A stretch of DNA of 63,654 nt, filler included, from Octopus bimaculoides (GCF_001194135.2; 7 parts of 7 records of this genome joined end to end with filler, not necessarily neighbours in it); one strand, 5' to 3'. Shown: positions 23,639 to 37,331, numbered from the whole stretch's first letter. Numbers and translations are program-made. The notes: generated by a model from the sequence alone, not told the origin.

Positions 23639-25454
23639 TAAGAATATATGAAGTTAGTATATATATATCTGTGCATGCATATGTATATAAATATATATGC
23701 ATATCTATCTATCTATTCATTTGTCTATCCATCTTTCTATCTATCTATCTATCTATCTATCTATTTAGATATATATATATATATANNNNNNNNNNNNNNN
23801 NNNNNNNNNNNNNNNNNNNNNNNNNNNNNNNNNNNNNNNNNNNNNNNNNNNNNNNNNNNNNNNNNNNNNNNNNNNNNNNNNNNNNATCTGTAATTAGATT
23901 CGTGTGTTAATTGTTGATTTACCATTAATTTTTGCATGCATTTTTTAGGAAATGTTTCATTATTTTGGCAGAATTAAGCAGAAAATCTGTTTGTGATCAA
24001 TAAAGTGAAAACAAACAAAAAAATCTTTTTTCATAAAGTTTACATTCCCGTTTACTGATTTGTTTTTTCTTGTTTTACTAAGGTTTTAACCTGAGTTTTA
24101 ATCAGTGGTATAGTCACTGAAGTCTCTCTTAAGCTCTTTATTCTTTGTTTTTACCTAATATGCATTAATCTAATTTATTCAATTTGTGTATGTATATATT
24201 TATTATCAAACAAACAAAACCCAGTTGCTAATCTTTCTTTTAATTATTGTGAGATCAGCATTAGGAAGGTTATCATGCTATTAACTAAAATATTACAGGG
24301 CTCACTCATTCATATGCAAGTATCAATGTTTAAAAACCTTATTGATCATACTGGTTTAAAGACATAGTTTGAAGAATGAAAAGAAAAGTGATTGTGATTC
24401 ATTGTCTGAATTTGATGATTCATCAAACTATCCAATCTAAGGATTTCTTTAAAGGAAAAGAACAAAATAAAAATGCAGTCCCTAAATATGGAACAGTTTG
24501 CAAGACCACATTCCTTAGTGAACCTTTTATATTCAACATCAAAGAATAAAATAAGATTTTCAACCGCTTTTAATGAATGCATTCATAATTCTCTTGTTAT
24601 ATTTCTGATGTCTTTCTTTTCACATTTTTTTTTCCTGAAATTTACCTTTTAATTTGCATTTCCATTATATTGTTCTCTTTCATTTTTATTTAAATTTATT
24701 ATTTATTGTTTTCTGTGTTTCTTGTCATAGACTGATGTCCCCAGAAGTTAAGAGTCAATCTTCTCAACTAATTCATGAATATTTAAAATTTCTTTTCCGT
24801 TAAGTTTCTCTCTGCGTGTGTGTGTGTGTGTGTGTGTGTGACTCTGTGTGTCTGTGTCTGCGTGGTCTTTGTGCAATATATCCATGCATTCTTTATTAAA
24901 TATGCCTGCATAGCAAAATGAATCTGAAACCAAGGATAATGTTACACCTTGATTGCACTGAAGATGATAAGGACGGTTTTAACATCAGACCACAACTTTA
25001 ATTTCTTTACCTGTGTATACATGTGTGTGTGTGTATAATCTACACACACTCACATATATGCCCTTCTCTTCTCCTTTTATGGCTAACTAGATGGCTAACA
25101 GATGGCTTAGAGAGATACCTATACACTTCACTTATATTGAGGTGGCTTCATTGAAACTACCTCTTGTGTTACTAACCCTGATGTTTAGTCTCAGCATTTA
25201 CTAAGTTTATCACACCCATTAGATTCTCCATGTATATATGACTGTACTTTTTACTGAATGATCTAAATAAATTATCTGAACTAATAGGAACAAGAATTGA
25301 TAGTGATAACTTCTTTGAGCACTTGATGTCTTTGTCAAATACTTCATGATGTCTATGTTAAATGCTTTTGCTAAATGACCAGTACTGGTGTATCTGTGCT
25401 GAGAAAATAGTGAATTGATATATCATAAATTCATAGGCATGGATGTGAGCTGTA

Positions 25455-25615
25455 GCAATGGCTGTGTGGTTTAGAAGCTTATTTGTGAAGCGCATGATTT
25501 TGATTTCAATCCTACTTCATGGCATCTTGGGCAAGTGTCTTCTAATGTATCTCCTAGAGAACAAAAAACTTATGAGTGGATTTAATTGATGGAAACTGAA
25601 AGAATCCCATTGTGT
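25455..25615 (+). mobile_element. CORE-SINE family C head only, CpG-decayed
   Basis: ATGGCTGTGTGG..CATCTTGGGCAAGTGTCTTCTA..GGAAACTGAAAGAATCCC then (TG/TA)n. Confidence 0.7.
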
Positions 25616-25944
25616 GTATGTATATGTTTATACATATTTATGTTTGTAACAAACCATAGATGTACATCCGATGACCAATGTAATATATTTTATTATAAAC
25701 ACAAAATTGTGAACTCAAATTGTTATACTGGACTCACAATCCCTCAATTTTCTCATCAGTTGACGACATGTTCATAATTAATTATATTTCAACTGTGCAG
25801 AAAATAGTTGATAGTTTTATATAGAATTCTACAAGAAATAAGAATAATCATTAAAAAAATTGTTAATAGAAGAATACAAAACAAAACTCAGTACCAGATA
25901 TGTCACAGTTAAAAAATAATGAAATCTACTTTGAATTCATCGCC

Positions 25945-26392
25945 ATCCTCATCATTGTTTTAATGTCCATTTTTGTCCATGCTTCCATTGGCTGCATAGA
26001 GTTTATTGAAGCAAATTTGCTATGGCCAGATGCCCTACTTGTCACCAAAGCTTACCTGTTTTCAAACAAAGTAATATTTCACTTTAACCAGACATGATTT
26101 TGCAGAACATTAGAAATGAAGGACATTCATTTACAATAATCATGTCATGTCAACACAAGGTGACATAAACACCTACACGCTAGCTATCTCTTTCTCCCCC
26201 TCTCTCTGTCTCTCTCATTCACACACACACATTTATATAACAAGCTTCTTTCAGTTTCTGCCTACCAAATCCACCAATGCTTCAGTCAGCCCTGGGCTAG
26301 AGTAGAAGATACTTGCCCAAGGTGCAACTGAACATGAAACCTTGTGGTTGGGAAACAAACCTCCTTGCCACACATTCATACTTCTGCCTATA
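25945..26392 (-). mobile_element. CORE-SINE subfamily C' (same head, RTE-type tail)
   Basis: Head and CORE at 26230-26392; after the microsatellite the minus strand ends GGTGACAAGTAGGGCATCTGGCCATAG..GCATGGACAAAAATGGACATTAAAACAATGATGA. Confidence 0.7.
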
Positions 26393-26668
26393 ATTTTCTG
26401 AAATTTGAGGTAGAATTTTTTTTTATCAATGGACACAGTATTAACATTATCATTTGTACTCTATATCAAAATGTCAGAGCAGCACATCGTTAACATTTTA
26501 TTTTGATGAGGAGACTAACGAAGTATTGGAAATGTTAATGGGTTAAGAAGAACTAATAAGGAAATAATGAAAATCATTAAAAGAAATATTAAAACTGAGT
26601 ATAGTCATATAATAATATAGACATAGTGGAAAGAAAAGATGTTTTATATTAACATATACACATATGCT

Positions 26669-26740
<72 letters not shown>

Positions 26741-28701
26741 NNNNNNNNNNATGCACACACACACGCACACAAACTTTAGAAACTGAAACTACTAAATTAT
26801 TGCAATATAATCTATTAAATTCCAATTTCTAAAATATTAAACAGCTCTACTTTCAATATTGAGTACTTCCATTTTCTCTTATTTACACTTTATTTAATTC
26901 TCGCTTTCCCTTCACATACACATATATGCATATGATATAGTTTTCTTCTTTTTCAGTCATTGAATTTTGGGCATGTGTGTGTGTGTGCCTATGTGCCTGC
27001 ATAAACTGACAACTAAGATTGTAATGCAAATGAAATTTTGAGCACCAATTTGAGACTTAACAACAGATCCTCTGACAAAACTTGTACTGAATATCTATTA
27101 CTTGCAGGACAGAGCACCTGCTGCTTTGATCTGCAAAATATACTATATAAACCTTTGCTGGTATAAACTAACACAATCACCTCAAGTATTTCATTTGTTT
27201 CATTGATGTGTCAGTCATTCAATCCCCTGCAGATAAGCTTTCAAGTATTGTCTAACATAAACAATAGGAGTATGCTTGTTTGCTGGAAACAAAGGACCAT
27301 ATTTATATTAGCTATTTATGATGAATTAAGGCTAAGAATAGGAACAAATTATAATTAAATTGCTAAGATTATAATATAAATAATTATATAAAACATTATA
27401 TATACACACACACACAAACACACTCATATATACAGAGAGAGAAATGCAGAGAGACAGAAAGTGAGTGAGTGAGAGAGATACAAACTAAAAAGAAGTAGAA
27501 AGAAAATATGAAATTCTATAAAATCTTCTAGGAGAAAAGAAGACTTGCCTCTCAAGGATCGAAGTCGACTGTGGCTGAATGGTGCTGCCTATGTCTGTAC
27601 ATGTCTGTCACTCTTTTGTTTGAAAATGGGACTGACCACACTGCCAAATCGAATTTGTCCAGGAAGGCAGCTATGAAATATATCACCTTATGAGTTTAAG
27701 AATTTCACCCTGATCTTGCGAATTTTTCTTTGAATCATTCTCCTTTCTGTCAAGTACAGCTTGCAAATGTGCACCTATTCAGATATGGTGTAGGCCACCC
27801 ACATCAGTTTTTCTTTGATTTTGTACGGCATTCCTATCATTTAAAATTTCTGTCTGTATATCTGACTAACATTGTAACATTGTGCTTCTCATAGATTTGA
27901 AAAGAGGATTTGTAATTACTTAGTTCATTTAAGTTATCTGATAAGCTGAAAAATCCTTATGAGCGTGTGTGTCCCCGTTAGACAACACCATCATTGTTTC
28001 AATGATCACAGATTCTGTGTCGCATTGACCATTCACTAGGCACTCACTGTTGACTCTATATGAGTATCCTGCCTCTGTACGGAGCATGGGAGTATTCACT
28101 GATATTCTTTATATACTAGTCACACATCTGAGCAAGTTACTTAAGTTATGCTTGGTGAATATTTTCTATAGCTAGAGTCTTGTGTAAAATGCTTATCCAT
28201 TAATATAAAGTGGGCTCTTTGAGTGAGTAAGATGGCTCAAACCAGAGCCGGCACTCTTCTAAAACAATTGTTATTAATCAATTGGAAGCAACCCTTCCTT
28301 CCAGGAATATGTTGCAAAATTCTTCCACATCATCGTTCTGGTTCTTTATACTAACTCTGACTCAACCAGGACTATGTATGTACTTCCAGCGTAAAAGAGG
28401 CTATGCACTTGAGGTTAGCACGTCTGAAGTGTTGTCCATGTTGTCAAAGGCAAATGTCGGCGTGAAACAGTCGGTAACATTCTGGCTAGTTATAGGGTGT
28501 AACCAGTAATATACTGCTGGACTAATATAAACATATATATGGATGTGTATACGTGTATTCTCGCACGCAAGCGCATATGTAAAGTTAAGTACTTTATGAA
28601 AATCAAGTTGATGTTGACTATTTGTTTCATGTATCCGGTTGTTGAACACTGCAACACTATCTATCTGTCTGTCTTTCTGTCCGTCCGTCCGTCTATCAAT
28701 C

Positions 28702-28786
<85 letters not shown>

Positions 28787-29661
28787 GTCTGTCTGTCTAT
28801 TTGTCTATCTGTTTGTCTGTCTATACGTATATATATATGTATGCTGTATATATATTTATATATATATGTATATATATGCGTGTATATATATATATATATA
28901 TATATATGCATAACATACATACATGCATACGTACATGCATATTTACACACCCACATACAAACATGTATGTAACTATGCATTTAGAATATTATGTTTATAT
29001 TATACTGAAACTGGTTTGCACAAAAATTTCTGTTCCGACACCTGAATCACTACTCACGTCTATACTTAAAATACCACGCAGGTCTCTGTAGACCTGTGCA
29101 TGATGCAAATTTACTTTTTCTGTTGTGCAATATACCACCACAAAGAAAACTTCTGTCTTGAATCAGGTGTATATGGTCCCTATTTGTGGAAACATATGCG
29201 TATTAATCTCCATACATACTTGAAAATTTCCTAATGTTAATTGTACGGTCACGTTGTTTCTGTGTATGCTGCGACGTTAATGTAGTGTGTCTTGCCTACG
29301 GGGAACAAATAATATAACTGACTGCACAACATATCTATCGGATTCTAGTTCTCTCAATCATTTTGTTCTATTACAATACTCACATACAGACACACTCACA
29401 AATTTATATATAAGTTCCAAGTTAGAAGATTGATATTTCATACGCTTCGGGCAGAAACGTATTAATATGAACACGTCTATAACTATAAATATGGCCGATA
29501 TTTTATATGGCGTAAGATCAGTATGCATGCATAGATGTACACACACACAAATGTGTATACATTAAAAGAGTATGTATGTATGTATCTATCTACCTAGCTA
29601 TATTTATCTATCAATCTGTCTATGCCCACACACACACACACACACACACAAATACACACAC

Positions 29662-29723
<62 letters not shown>

Positions 29724-30489
29724 TGTGTGTCTGTGTGTCTGTGAGCTGAATGCGAGAAGGCAAATTCTCAAAGTCCTTAGAGCGTGAGTAGAATGTCACG
29801 CGATATTTGTCCCAATTTTTTGATCTTATAGGCGAAATGAAGATGACATTAACATTGCCTTTCGTCGTTTAGGGTTAAAAATAACAGCATCACTCCAAGT
29901 GCTGGAACCTCTTGTTCAAGCACTGTGGAGTGCTGGAACAAGTGTTTCGGACAAGATATTTTGTGTTATCTTTTCTGATTTTTCGCATTATGACAGCGAC
30001 GAAAATTTAATAAATGATTGAATGAGAAAACGAAAGCTTTGCAAAACGAAAGTGGTGGGTCAAAATTTATACAGTTTAAAAATACGCAGGATCTGTTTGG
30101 ACTTCAGTTATTAAATATTTATTTAATGTCCTTCCACGGACAAATGCTCCCTAATTCAATTAGAAAATTCAGCCTGACCGGACTTGCTTCGCTTACATAG
30201 ATCACTGCAATCCGCACTCATGCCTTTCATATTATTTGTGCCATACACTGACTTCATTCTGAGCCTTTATTAGTACTTTTTATACCAATAGTTTTATAGA
30301 ATGTATCTTTCTATAAAATTTATGTTTTACAAAACCATCTCCTCAGACGAAATTTTTGGAAATATCGTCTAAATCCAAATATACACAGCTTTATGCTGTT
30401 CGGTGAATATAGGTATTTAAATTGGTTTGGATATGAAAGTCTAATTTCTATGGTATCGTGAAGTCTATTAAAGCACATCTTGAATCATA

Positions 30490-30810
30490 CACACCAGACG
30501 TCATTTTGTATAGCGAATATTCTATGGTTTGCTGTTGCTTACCCTCTCCTGTTTCCCTGTAAGGTAATATTTCTCTATGACCAGACATCTTTCAGAAGAA
30601 TAGAAACGAAGGACATCGCCTGCTTGATGCTGTCACTCCATTACAACTGTTACAACATCTCATAGCAAAGAGATTGTAACACTCACACATGCATATCCAT
30701 AATTATGTGACGGGTTCCTTTGTGTTTCCGTCTACCAAATTCACTCACAAAGCTTTGGTTGGCCCGAGCCTATACCAAACGACATCTGCCTCAGGTGCAT
30801 CGTAGCGGGG
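30490..30810 (-). mobile_element. CORE-SINE subfamily C', diverged
   Basis: Head GGGCCAACCAAAGC..TTTGGTAGACGGAAAC at 30720-30810 plus body AAACGAAGGACA/GGTAATATTT shared with 25945 and 35905. Confidence 0.55.
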
Positions 30811-33800
30811 CATCATATATATTTGTTTGTTTGTCTGCATGTGTGCGCGCGCGTGTTATAGTTAGTATATATTAGACGTGTGCACGTGTTGTGTGTACGT
30901 GTGTGTGTGTGCTCGCGTGCGTGCATATATATTTTATTTGCGTAATCATATTAAGTCAGCAAACAACTTATCAGTAGTAAGATTAATTCACCTGTACACA
31001 GACCGTAAATTAATTATCTGTCTTCTTTCAGTAGTGATGTTTGTGTTTGCCGTTAGAGGTCACCTAAGCTAACCTGTCTTGTTCTGTAATGTTTGGATAA
31101 AATGATATATTCGAATTGCAAATCTCTTTGCGCTTCTTGCTTGTCAACGCTAATAGCGACAATTCTTCTCTTAATGTGTTGTCTAAGTGTTACGTATGTC
31201 AACTGTAATAGGCACCTAGGGTTAATAAATTTATTGCAATTGTATGCTCGGAATCAACACCATGGAAATTTTCCGTTAACGACATACACAAAATACAACT
31301 GTCAAGGCAACCCAATGGACTTTTGCATAAAAGAAAAATAACTGAAACTGCAAATTGTTGGATTCTCGTAGATTAATAGGTCAATGACATGTAGTGAACA
31401 TGTTTTTAAAAATGTATACTTTCTAACATACAAGATTCGTCAATTATAAAATGTCGGCATTCTACTGACATTTCTCCGGGTATAATGTGCACTTTCTTTC
31501 AATCAAATTGGGTTGGAAATAGCTGAGTTGTAGCGAAATGTTCGAATGCGATAATTTTATTTTTCTTATGCTAGGAGTACATAGTGTTTTTCCAGTTCAT
31601 GATACGTGTGTGTATACGTTTATATATGTATAGATATAGGTGTGTATGCATGTAAAATGTATGTGTGTGTGTGCGTATACATAGGGAGATAAATCGATAA
31701 AGAGATACTCGTCTAACAATCTATGTATCAGAAAAAATATATACTCGAATATTTGTTAAAGTGTGTATATTTATTTAAATATGCTGTGTTATAGATCCAT
31801 ATCAGCCGATCTTACCAAGCGTTTCCGCACTGGTCTCATATTCTTTCTATATCTTCTATCTCTGAATACCATGTGGTGTTACTTAAACGTGCTGCTATCA
31901 AATATCTGGTTATCTAATACTCAGTGTGAAACTGATGGCGAAGATCAGTTGAAATGGATCAGTATACAGTATTATAATATTGTATCCTTTGATTTATATA
32001 AATACTGGAATGTTACCTGTCTTATGATGGGTAACTTTAAAAGTATAGTTTTTCCACCATTCATAATATCAGGAAAAAATAGCATGCATGCAATAATTTT
32101 ATTTAATTTTTATAGAACTTCTTGGCATATATACAAAGCAATGAAATGAATGCTAATTTTCGAAAGAAAAATATTTAACTCTTAAAAATAAAATTAAATA
32201 AGACAAATTTCTCATTTGCATAAACCTCCTCCTAAATGCTGTTTCATTCAATCTCTCCTCATCCCCCTCCTCTCCTCCTCCTCCACTTCCTCTATTATTC
32301 TTTCTCCCTCACTGTGCTTGTGAAGCATTCTTTTGCACTTTGCCTGCCACCAAGCCTCCAATGTGCATCATCCGGCGTCTCATATAGTATCCCTATTTTA
32401 CCTTCTCTCTCTCTGTCTCTCTCTGTGCCTGTCTCTGTGACTGCCTCGATCTGTCTGTCGGTCTGTCTGTCTGTGTCTCCCTCACTGTGTCCCTGTCTCT
32501 NNNNNNNNNNNNNNNNNNNNNNNNNNNNNNNNNNNNNNNNNNNNNNNNNNNNNNNNNNNNNNNNNNNNNNNNNNNNNNNNNNNNNNNNNNNNNNNNNNNN
32601 NNNNNNNNNNNNNNNNNNNNNNNNNNNNNNNNNNNNNNNNNNNNNNNNNNNNTATATATATATATATATATATATATTTAGATAGATAGATAGATAGAGA
32701 TATTGATATTGATATTGTACACGCACACACATACATACACACGCGCGCGCGCACACATATCTATATGTATGTATATATGTATCTATGCGTACACACACTG
32801 ATACATATGTATGCATCATCTTGGCAGTTTACTCACATATGTAGCCGAAACCTACCAGGCATATTTATTAGAATTCACTTCTTGTTTACTTTGTTTTTGG
32901 TTTCTTTTAATCACATGCGATCATGTGAATGTGTTTTAGTTACTTGTTTGCATTACCTGAATCAGAAAGTAAAGAACAAAGTAAAAACGGAAACAAATAC
33001 AAAAAAAAAATATATGGTTTGGATGATTCTAGAAAAAAAAAGTGCCACAAAAAACAAAAACCCAAAAGCAATAAGCATATTTCGAATATTCCAAAAAGGT
33101 GTGTTTCAGTTGGATGCACTTTGTAACGTGAATCACTCAACTGTGAATTGGTGGTTCTTATTTTGCAACTTGGTAGAAAAGAAAAATTTCCTCAAAGACT
33201 AAACATTGAAGATTTCGCGCAAGAGAAATTTAACAGATATGATCTTGTCTAACATCCTTACGACTTTCAAGGATTCGACTTGGATATTTCATCGCCCGAT
33301 GAATCACAGTATTTTGAAATTCACTCACAGTTCCGTGTATTGCTGCCAAAGTTAACTCATTTCTTTTTGTTTCCTTGTTATTTTAATGTTTTTGTGTAGA
33401 ATCGGTTTAAAAAAGAAACGGGATAATTGTATTGTGAAATAAAAGAGTGAGAAATACTTCCATAGAGGATGTAACTTTATATTCTGCACTACATTACCAT
33501 CCGTACGACAGTGGAAACTTAGCAGGTTGCAGAGCGATTTCATTTTTTTTTTTTTCCGTTTTGTTTTACATGGAGCGGAAAATGCAGATTTAGAATGAAA
33601 GAAAACGGAGATAGTAGCGTAAATGCATTTAGAAAATGGATCACCAAAATAAAAGATAGAGTTCATTTGGGAATGAAACCTGGACTCGTATTCAATTAAG
33701 CAAGAAATTTTTACATTACTATACATATATACCTAACTACGTATCTACATAAACTCCTGCCTCTCTCTCTCTCTCTCTCTCAACCTCTTCCTAAATGTGT

Positions 33801-33894
33801 GTATACATAACACGCATCACTCATACACTTATGGTGGAATTTATATGTATACTTCAATTATCTGTCTCTCTCTTTCTCTCTCTGTCTCTCTCCC

Positions 33895-33938
<44 letters not shown>

Positions 33939-34038
33939 NNNNNNNNNNNNNNNNNNNNNNNNNNNNNNNNNNNNNNNNNNNNTTAATTAATTAANNNNNN
34001 NNNNNNNNNNNNNNNNNNNNNNNNNNNNNNNNNNNNNN
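33939..34038. other. Artificial assembly spacer N44-TTAATTAATTAA-N44
   Basis: Identical 100-bp structure. Confidence 0.95.
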
Positions 34039-34194
34039 GGAATAGAAATTTCCCTTATGAATTTTTTTACACACTGGCTTCTTGATAAAATTCTTGTAAA
34101 AGAGTTTTATCCCTTTTTGAATTTATTTATCAAATATATACACGGAATATATTCAATGTTGAATTTTTTATTCCTGTCTCCGCATGGTTACCCT

Positions 34195-34303
34195 AAAACA
34201 ACCCGGAAGTATTTCCCACTTCTTTGATGAAGATATATACAGATAAACTTCATTCCCTTTACTCTGTCGGATACGTAGTGTGTTCGTTTTTGGTGAGGTG
34301 AGA
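34195..34303 (+). promoter_or_regulatory. Candidate TATA-less promoter/first exon (ETS site plus splice donors)
   Basis: CCGGAAGT at 34203-34210; donors TTG|GTGAGG (34293) and GAG|GTGAGA (34298); upstream of a CpG-depleted domain. No transcript evidence. Confidence 0.3.
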
Positions 34304-34599
34304 ATTCTGTTTATTTATATATATTTTGGGGACAATACTGTGCTGATGAACAAAATCTAGATTCATTCTAGTAATCGCGAAATCGGTCGATACACAGTTA
34401 AGTTTATTTAAAAGAAAGTTGGTCATCTTCTGTTGGTTGTTTTTCCTCACATTAGGTACTAAATGTGGTTATTTTGAGAAGTCCACTGTGTGGCGTTATT
34501 ATTTTTCTGTAATAACGCCCTTTATATAAATATATATATAAACCGTCTTTGGTCATCATCTGCTTCTTCATCATCATCATTACCATTTTGACAATGTAA

Positions 34600-35874
34600 T
34601 CTATAGATATAAAAATGAGAATGTGTGTCTGTCTGTCTGTCTGTCTGTCTGTGTGAATCCCTAAAACTCGAGAACTACGCAACCAATTTCATTCAAATTT
34701 TACAGATGCCTTACTTAGGGTTCCAGTTGTGTTTTAGTCAAAAAAATTATTAACTTCTTGCAGAGTTCGAGCACACGGCAACATAATATCTCCTCCACTA
34801 TTTAAGTATTACGTGTCAAAAGTGAAACAAAAACACTCATGTCAAATACTTTCACTTTAAAAATGAAACTATTCCACTAACTGAAACAATCACATTTCGA
34901 TACTGTAGTGACAGATACTTTCACAGAGAGAGAAAGAGAGAAAGAGAGAGAGAGAGAGATGNNNNNNNNNNNNNNNNNNNNNNNNNNNNNNNNNNNNNNN
35001 NNNNNNNNNNNNNNNNNNNNNNNNNNNNNNNNNNNNNNNNNNNNNNNNNNNNNNNNNNNNNNNNNNNNNNNNNNNNNNNNNNNNNNNNNNNNNNNNNNNN
35101 NNNNNNNNNNNNNNNNNNNNNNNNNNNNNNNNNNNNNNNNNNNNNNNNNNNNNNNNNNNNNNNNNNNNNNNNNNNNNNNNNNNNNNNNNNNNNNNNNNNN
35201 NNNNNNNNNNNNNNNNNNNNNNNNNNNNNNNNNNNNNNNNNNNNNNNNNNNNNNNNNNNNNNNNNNNNNNNNNNNNNNNNNNNNNNNNNNNNNNNNNNNN
35301 NNNNNNNNNNNNNNNNNNNNNNNNNNNNNNNNNNNNNNNNNNNNNNNNNNNNNNNNNNNNNNNNNNNNNNNNNNNNNNNNNNNNNNNNNNNNNNNNNNNN
35401 NNNNNNNNNNNNNNNNNNNNNNNNNNNNNNNNNNNNNNNNNNNNNNNNNNNNNNNNNNNNNNNNNNNNNNNNNNNNNNNNNNNNNNNNNNNNNNNNNNNN
35501 NNNNNNNNNNNNNNNNNNNNNNNNNNNNNNNNNNNNNNNNNNNNNNNNNNNNNNNNNNNNNNNNNNNNNNNNNNNNNNNNNNNNNNNNNNNNNNNNNNNN
35601 NNNNNNNNNNAAAAAAACATATTTGTATATGCTCCACAAGGGAAAACAAGGAACATAGTTTACAACGAGGTGTTATAATCACAACAGCAAGAAAGTATGT
35701 ACATGATCTCCTTCTTTTACGAAACTTCATTGACTTTCATATATTTATATTGATATACATATATATACGTGTGTGTATATACATCTCTATATATAAAGAT
35801 GATGCGTAGTCTAGACGGCGTTTTTAGATTTCATTATTCTCTTTAACCCGGGCAACGCCGGGTATTTCTGCTAG
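34600..35874 (+). mobile_element. Non-autonomous Helitron, copy 1 (interior gapped)
   Basis: A|TCTATA.. 5' end; 3' hairpin CCCGGGCAACGCCGGG followed by CTAG|T; 5' ~300 bp nearly identical to 37467-37765. Confidence 0.75.
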
Positions 35875-35904
35875 TTATATATAAAGTAATGTATATATCA
35901 CAGT

Positions 35905-36295
35905 ATCATCATCATCATCAGCGTCGTCATCATCTTCAACATTAATTTTCCATGCTTGCATGTGTAGGACAGAATTTGTTGAGGTGGATTTTCTGTGGCC
36001 TGATGCACTTCTTGTCACCAACCCTCACTTGTTATCAAGACGTGTTCTTATAGAATAATGGTAACGAAGGACACTGCTTGCATAAAGGTGACATTCATTT
36101 ACAGATATCACGCAATTCAAGACAGGGAGACAACACACACATATTCCAGTTCCCCTCCACCGAATCCATTTACAAGGCTTTTGCTGACTTGGAGCTATGT
36201 CAGAAGGCACTTGACCAAGATGCCACACAGTGGGACTGAACCTCAAACCATGTTGTTGGGAAGCAAACTTCGTATCACACAGCCATGCCTGCATA
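35905..36295 (-). mobile_element. CORE-SINE subfamily C' (RTE-type tail)
   Basis: Head at 36150-36295; tail GGTTGGTGACAAGAAGTGCATCAGGCCACAGAAAA..CATGCAAGCATGGAAAA..(GAT)n. Confidence 0.75.
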
Positions 36296-36710
36296 TATGT
36301 GAGTTAATTTATGTATATATTGTTATACTTGGGAATGGCCATTTGTTGTCATAGTGAATGTATTACTCTGTGGGGCGGGGTAGTGCATGTATAAGTACAG
36401 ATGACTTGTTTTATTCATGTTAGGTCACAGATGAATATTCTTTGCTGTTAACAATTGTGCTTCAGCAGCTTGCAGTACAATCAGCTTTTTGTCTTATTTC
36501 TAATGAATGACAGTGAATATGTTTGGAAAGGGTGAAAATACAGAGGCATAGTAGTGTGAATCATTAAATATTTAATAAATATATTTTAATTAAGCCATTA
36601 AAAAAATCCGTTAGTGTCTGTTATCTGATCATATTAGTAACCTTCACTGACATTCCTAGAACATACTTCAAATAACAGATTTATTTAATTGTGTGTGTCT
36701 GTGTGTGTGT

Positions 36711-36750
<40 letters not shown>

Positions 36751-36949
36751 ATATGTACATATGCATGTGTGTGTACATATACACATACAAAGATACACAT
36801 TTAGGTTCACAAACAGGAGGAAATTTACTCAACATATGTAGCAGAGTTTATTTATTCATCCAAAGAACTTATTCATTCACTCCATGATGTACATTCCTCC
36901 ACTGTCACATGAATAGACATATACATACAAGAAAGAGAATTGGAGTAAA

Positions 36950-37331
36950 TCATCCCAATTGTATAAAGAAGTGCCAATCACTTAAAATGGAGGGATGCTG
37001 TGGAAGAGGGAGACCCAGGAAGACATGGGACAAAGTATTGAGAGCCAATCTCAAAATGCTGAACCTTACAAAGGAGATGACAGGATTGAGATATGTGGCA
37101 CAAAGCTCTACTTGAGAAGACCTGTCCACCAAAACAGAGTTGAGATACTAAACTCAAGATGCCACATAAAAAGCACCCAGTACACTCTGTAGAGTGGTTG
37201 GAGTTAGGAAAAGCATCTAGCCATAGAAACCACGCCAAAATAGACTATGGAACCTGGTGTAGACCCTGCCCCTACCAGTTCCTGTCAAGCCATCCAACCC
37301 ATGCCAGCATAGAAAATGGATGATGATGATG

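Noticed and set aside
27500-28500. Coding-like composition suggesting a decayed LINE or a large exon
   Set aside because: All frames have many stops; the HICKL-like hint is too weak to assign a family.
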